From a virus (lineage: Duplodnaviria; Caudoviricetes): a stretch of DNA of 62,158 bases. The notes below the pieces were generated by a model. It worked only from the letters and a program-made list of their open reading frames with translations. It made no database searches and was not told the origin of the DNA. The stretch spans positions 1-62,158 of IMG/VR virus record IMGVR_UViG_3300013113_000455; one strand, 5' to 3'. Below, one piece after another: positions 59,001 to 62,158 of the stretch (the stretch's first letter is position 1; every line of letters starts with the position of its first letter). The translations under genes and the position numbers were made by a program.

Positions 59001-60377
59001 AACTCTATTGCTTTAAAGCTAAGAAATACCACTCAATTAGCGAAGCAGTTAGCTCCTATTATTTTAAATACGGCAATAAAGAACCCTGTGTATTTTGCTC
59101 AAGGCTTTAGTTTAGCAACTCTTTCAATGGGGAAAAACAGACAGTTTGTTGATACTTTGTTAAAGAAAGTGTCAAACACATCTTTAAGGGTGCTAGAAGG
59201 AGATGAGAGTTTAGCAAAAACAAAATCATTAGCTGAATACATTCAAGGTAAGTTGATGAGGGGTGAAACTCTAAGTAAAATAAATAAGAAGTTTTTATCT
59301 AAAATAGGGGGTGGTGCTTTAGCTTTCTCAGATAAATTAGCTAGTCAAGGTTCTTGGCTTTCTTTTTATATGGCAGAGAGAGCGAAACAAGAAAAAGGAA
59401 ATAAAGACTGGTCTTTTGACATAGAGGAGGAGTCTAAAAACCCAAACACAGCAGCGGCAGAGAAGGCTAATGTAGAATCGGATTGGGTCAACAATAAATC
59501 AGATGTTAGTACAGCACCAGAAGAGTGGATTAATGACAAGGATGTAGGTGCAAAGGTTAAGAGGTTGTTTTTCTTGTTTAAAAGTTTTGCTATTAATCAA
59601 TCTTATAACGCATTTTTGGATGCTAGAAACATAGCTTACGGTGCAGGCGGTAAAAGCAAGATGACTGCCAAGCAAAGACAGCAAGCTGTTAAAGCATCAT
59701 CAGCAGGTTTATTAGGTGCTTTAGCTTCTATGTGGGCGTTTGAAATGATTAAATCTTCTTTTGTAAATCCTTTATTAGATGAGGCGGCAGAAGCTTTATT
59801 TGACGTAGATGATCCAGATGAAGATAAAGAAGTTTTTGACAAAGAGTCTTTAAAAGAAAATAGTACCGACGCTTTATTAAAAGCTTCTTTAGATTTAGCT
59901 GTTGGTGGTGTTCCAGATGATTTAACTTTAGCTGTTAAAGAAGGACTAAATACCATTTATATAAAAAAAGCCAGAGAAGAATACGAGGAGTTAAAAGAAG
60001 AAGAGGAAGAGATGAAAAAACGTGGTAGGTACTCTGAAAGAGACAAGTTACAACCTTTTAACGAGTGGGAAAACAAGGTTTTTTATGATAAACATAATAC
60101 CCCTGGAGCTTATGGTGTTTTATTGTCTTATGGAGAAGAAACAATTAAAAACTTACAAATACTTTCAGGTGAAGAATATATACCTTCTTATGATGTTAGA
60201 GAGGGAGAGGAAGTCCTTGTTGGGTTGGGTGATGACGGTAAGAAAATGTCTCTCTTGAACCTTGCAGCGTTGTATATGCAAATTGGAGATTTAAAACTTC
60301 TTACAGACAGGGCTATTAAAAACAAAGAAAAACAAATAAAAAAGGAGTCAGAGGAGAGAAAGAAAGAAAATAAATAG
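53025..60377 (+). CDS. giant internal virion/ejection protein (2450 aa)
   Basis: E/K-rich coiled coil, hydrophobic patches, C-terminal F.FKSF..N motif typical of large podovirus ejection proteins. Confidence 0.6.
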   Translation: MNEEYINDMFALTGLEKEGVTLDDFKAKALEGDSAFLSDMFSLTGLEQEGVTFDQFSTGFQDSKKKVQEEPQEEVQEEPQEVVQEDTESVSEDGSLESQDWRGEQEKSVTPVVTSDEETFKSLEDQGRLSESPKKTTLEDLGTPLTEDEKIEAYESYIAPKIEKAEDAVSIFLEKNKINSLDVLPNQLSESVRELSPGAYTSHIEQSLYSARNEEITNISKSYLENRKNAIQSEEVSAGKTEEEAKKIADLEIQDETGRIGISSLGYDEDEINQYKGAIKNRSNALLKISKIKRDPSKKAELEKLQEIVKDSDKKISELRENSDKAFIDENGDLNKDLKEDVEQREIGFEKEYKSDYVKLHDRLALEIAKRDAITQRLADAEFDSNPDFHHIKDIKEQYKRDAEYAISSYLGGWSKFMPDTDPRDYISKENWGKMMSYREIYDDADRNITALSRLLLLNEDPAAVERGWGTFFNAEDSEFYIPGLDKFGEVATSFGETFFEEITGVDYSSDSDFRQNAVRVLQEEGMKLTEEQIEAGEKNFKEKLGETLAISGTIGLEIAATRGMLGGASKLLNMPKYLSKIRYLRKSPKLVNFLDNTTQIVTEGLAFELADGRTDFFMGAAESTSAKGFDALISKISKSKYGKFLKYLDNYAGRFAKEVTSRTVGGVTEEYFGDFVSEGVKNGFFTEEQFKNVFGEGAEGVEKFLLTLGSVGFMTFPTGFIEAAKKRAEGDPTGSLAQAIEAYEAAQNPEVTTEKVKKSIDELVKIQKGEDVDLEGLTEEEKLEIVGLDVLDEGQRAVDAKEKDAEIEKIAGEKVESEPQRLDDMSEEELEVYAKENDIDVSELKKKVEETETTEVEPGDIAAKSEEVVESAEEVTTEETTTDAITEEDTESKKQLETKKNQLKAKEKLVKKEASLKEAVDPVGSMFTVGAITGERSKSRAGEPVTLDTDGISNYADGGRNVVVDIKIPGKEEDIGVNRAQIVRGESGTYYMKAVFSSFTGEGLGRSEAFSIVTEIGKDVEGLPLGKLAADYYNNMRRVLNSKNVRKKELTGREAYSYDDFQKIAPQVGVAIKKQWDIDIKKHLSNERKSISDIQKEIKSIEESAKKTEASKSGKKKELKAKEAKGDTFTQEELDQEITKDNLQSTIDKIDSLQKKIRSTTKSDLGFSAALDAILTLTKAGLKTAKTFRDAYNSAVAKFKNQDGYKKLTDEQKNKLDSFSEKEFTDALKEESEKAVERGGTFNKAKEAYKKARKSGLDIKESISESFKTVERADWYKSLSKEDQQEIKADYVNRLVPNFESKGKAPKKNRKGMLKADESKKIITTEKQQLKKRLIEQRKGANNLRKSQQKMIDDLFKSIETNSKSLTKAQLKAALKRAAKADPAKINDFLELRDSIIKQLKKGELKEKKAEAKRIQSRLKRKAKKTTGFRKSLALDLSRLNINRVDDIEAFIDAANGLIESLDGKASMKDVKAQTQDIIAKALDAETKFREKKQELIEEALKEEYDAANLSISFDEYKKLKEEQSKQDAKDKKLEAAAEAREDMVNWLNSRIDKLKTDFNDLTDGMTERQKAIVKDLINAKNLLNKKDGKGEYLLLDSESLMDLHSAIDEVFTFNSTAGVNKIATALKSIKKAEIFRIKLNNMLDAGLFNSEFFSKKVGNLSAYTKAATISERAAKDFASILFGDYNKGWNKSQQETEAFLKRRAEKRDELKIKERQSNKIGVISWLTQEDEGLTVEESNKNLKEKIESLKNQIKKLKEVGKTEGKKSLSERFGIKTAETRKAELLEKIVKDLNLESIETKVDPVTGESNLENLLTPNEKEFLNFLKDEFEQLKEPLAESYLNAKGEEITFVKNYLPTFAKNLGAKSDVDLDNDFSSTGMSADPSGRTIQRTKVDTTGNTSYNFDVLGTTEAGYGQISNDINSLFEKQVLINVVKSKPVKKLYIREGQNLAKQYGFLQERVKTLINKRSYTYVRDMALLNQIKKFGENMIRNSIALKLRNTTQLAKQLAPIILNTAIKNPVYFAQGFSLATLSMGKNRQFVDTLLKKVSNTSLRVLEGDESLAKTKSLAEYIQGKLMRGETLSKINKKFLSKIGGGALAFSDKLASQGSWLSFYMAERAKQEKGNKDWSFDIEEESKNPNTAAAEKANVESDWVNNKSDVSTAPEEWINDKDVGAKVKRLFFLFKSFAINQSYNAFLDARNIAYGAGGKSKMTAKQRQQAVKASSAGLLGALASMWAFEMIKSSFVNPLLDEAAEALFDVDDPDEDKEVFDKESLKENSTDALLKASLDLAVGGVPDDLTLAVKEGLNTIYIKKAREEYEELKEEEEEMKKRGRYSERDKLQPFNEWENKVFYDKHNTPGAYGVLLSYGEETIKNLQILSGEEYIPSYDVREGEEVLVGLGDDGKKMSLLNLAALYMQIGDLKLLTDRAIKNKEKQIKKESEERKKENK

Positions 60378-60426
60378 CCAAAAACTCAAAAATAAAAATT
60401 AACTATATTTATAAAAAATAATTAAG

Positions 60427-61083
60427 ATGATTCAAAGTAAACAATATCAAGCTCCTAAATCAGATGATGCGAGTGGAATGAGAGATATTAATAACGCAAT
60501 TGTAGATTCGGGTTATAGATTCGGTCAGCAAGTGTATCAATTAATTCTAAGACAAGAAGGAAATGCTACTCCTAATAATATAGACTTAGAGACTTACTCC
60601 AATGGCTTAACGGTCAAAGTAGGGTCTAGTACTATTTCAACTTCGTTCTCAACAGATACGGCAACTACGATTGCTGCTTTTGCTACAGATATTGCTTCTA
60701 ACGCTAATATAGAGTCAGCAGTTGTTGTAGGTCACACGATTAATATAAAGGTCGTAGAAAACACAGAAGTAGCATTAACAGACTCAGGAGTAACAGGAGG
60801 TACTATAAGAACATCTTTAACAGTAAAGTTAGTAGCTGACTTAAGAATAGTTCCTGCTATTGTTACAATAAACCAAGAGCCTGAACCATTAAGAATAGAT
60901 ACTGACAACCCTTCAGGAACTAATTACGTAGGCTTTGCAGAAATAGGTACTGCTAATGCTGATGCTAAATGGAGGATTAAAAAGACTGTAACGGCTGGAA
61001 CTGTAACTACAGTTACTTATGCAGACGGTAACAAGCTTTTTGACAATGTTTGGGACAACAGAACATCTTTAAGTTACTCTTAA
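60427..61083 (+). CDS. tail-associated structural protein
   Basis: C-terminal Y.G.A..G......WRI.K......YA.G...F...WD.R..L.Y domain. Confidence 0.6.
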   Translation: MIQSKQYQAPKSDDASGMRDINNAIVDSGYRFGQQVYQLILRQEGNATPNNIDLETYSNGLTVKVGSSTISTSFSTDTATTIAAFATDIASNANIESAVVVGHTINIKVVENTEVALTDSGVTGGTIRTSLTVKLVADLRIVPAIVTINQEPEPLRIDTDNPSGTNYVGFAEIGTANADAKWRIKKTVTAGTVTTVTYADGNKLFDNVWDNRTSLSYS

Positions 61084-61094
61084 AAAAATAAATT

Positions 61095-61784
61095 ATGGGA
61101 ATTAAGTTTGATTACGTATTAGGAAAATTAAGAGAATCTGACACTGGTGGCGGTGGTGGCGGAGGTACTGATGCGAATGCGGTACACGTTAACGCAGCAG
61201 GTGAGATAAACGGTATAACAGCTAAGGCTACTCCTACAAGTAGTGACTTATTGATTATTGAAGATGCTGCTGATAGTAATAACAAAAAGAAAATTACTAT
61301 TGGAAATTTACCAGCTACGAGTGATGCAAATGCTGTTCATGTAAATGCTGCTAATGAGATCACAGCGATAACTGAAAAAACAACAGTAGATAACCAAGAT
61401 GAATTTATTATTGAGGACAGTGGGGATTCTGGTAATAAAAAGAGCATTAAAAGGAAAAACATTGTAAGACCTATTGTAAACAGTACAACAACAACAGCTA
61501 CACTAACTCCTAATATTGATGAGTATGAGCAAGAGGATGTAACAGATTTAGCCAGTGCTATGACTATTGCAGCTCCAACAGGTACGCCATCAACAGGAAT
61601 GAAGTTGATATTTAGAATAACAGATGATGGTACAGCAAGAGCGTTAACATGGAATGTTATTTATAGGGCTATTGGGGTCACAATACCTACCACAACAACG
61701 GCAAATAAAATTTTGTATGTAGGTTGTATTTATGATGAAGCTGGTAGCAAATGGGATGTAGTAGCAGTTAAAGAAGAAGCGTAA
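61095..61784 (+). CDS. tail fibre protein
   Basis: Poly-Gly hinge, tandem DANAVHVNAA.EI..IT.K repeats, C-terminal D.GT.RALTW...Y......WD..A. Confidence 0.65.
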   Translation: MGIKFDYVLGKLRESDTGGGGGGGTDANAVHVNAAGEINGITAKATPTSSDLLIIEDAADSNNKKKITIGNLPATSDANAVHVNAANEITAITEKTTVDNQDEFIIEDSGDSGNKKSIKRKNIVRPIVNSTTTTATLTPNIDEYEQEDVTDLASAMTIAAPTGTPSTGMKLIFRITDDGTARALTWNVIYRAIGVTIPTTTTANKILYVGCIYDEAGSKWDVVAVKEEA

Positions 61785-61785
61785 A

Positions 61786-62067
61786 ATGATTACAATTATT
61801 AGTAAAATAGAATTAGAAGGTACGGATAACCTTAAGTACACTGATATAGGACATACTCAAGATGTAGCTATTATTAATCAAATAAACGAGGATTATGATG
61901 CTACGCTAGGGAAGTTCTTAGGAGAAAACAGAACTAAGTTAGAGTTAGGAGAAGTATCAATTAGTACTTTTTTTAACGGTATTGATTCTGTTAATGAAGC
62001 TAGAACTCAAGTAGAAATTGTTGAAGATTTAAGTTTAACTGAAATTACTGATATAAGTCAACTATAA
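61786..62067 (+). CDS. hypothetical tail-region protein
   Basis: ORF in operon. Confidence 0.5.
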   Translation: MITIISKIELEGTDNLKYTDIGHTQDVAIINQINEDYDATLGKFLGENRTKLELGEVSISTFFNGIDSVNEARTQVEIVEDLSLTEITDISQL

Positions 62068-62158
62068 TGGCAGTACCAACTAAAGGAAATACTACAAGTG
62101 CTAATCCTACTCCAGGGGCTAATTTTAAAACCCAGTCCCACACGCATAATACAGGTAG
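62067..62158 (+). CDS. partial tail-region protein (MAVPTKGNTTSANPTPG...)
   Basis: ATG overlapping previous TAA; frame runs off window end. Confidence 0.45.
   Translation, partial: MAVPTKGNTTSANPTPGANFKTQSHTHNTG

Noticed and set aside
53025-60377. Virion RNA polymerase as in crAss-like phages
   Set aside because: No DxDxD catalytic motif in a plausible context was found; the sequence is mostly coiled coil.
1-62158. Stop-codon reassignment (TAG/TGA recoding seen in some crAss-like phages)
   Set aside because: Long genes are intact under code 11, and TAG/TGA end genes at sensible positions (e.g. 597, 30903, 33445, 39956).

Overview
The window is most of a ~62+ kb AT-rich tailed phage genome, probably a podovirus of aquatic Bacteroidota (Flavobacteriia). 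Its virion module resembles that of crAss-like/Cellulophaga phages. Layout: lysis genes (+, 1-2.5 kb); a long leftward arm (-, 2.5-27.2 kb) with recombination/replication genes (YqaJ exonuclease, SSB, primase-polymerase/DnaB helicase), a complete nitrogen-uptake operon (P-II + Amt + outer-membrane porin), a GroES-like gene, a serine resolvase, two C5 DNA methyltransferases and many small early genes; a non-coding divergence point with an abrupt strand-skew flip and G-tract cluster (~27.2-28.0 kb); and a rightward arm (+) with terminase, portal, scaffold, major capsid, ring/muzzle proteins, large ejection proteins and tail fibres. No DNA polymerase, RNA polymerase, tyrosine integrase, true tRNA or CRISPR was recognised. 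Most notable signals: (1) five integron attC-like hairpins (TAACA...CGTTA) that bracket single genes with self-complementary cassette ends, although no integron integrase is visible; (2) the glnK-amtB-porin auxiliary operon; (3) a repeated intergenic module TAAATGTGTAACCTT + AAAAACAATCAATC-ATG in the early region; (4) an early leader with two tRNA-like mini-elements and two boxA-like repeats. All calls come from reading motifs by eye; no database search was run.
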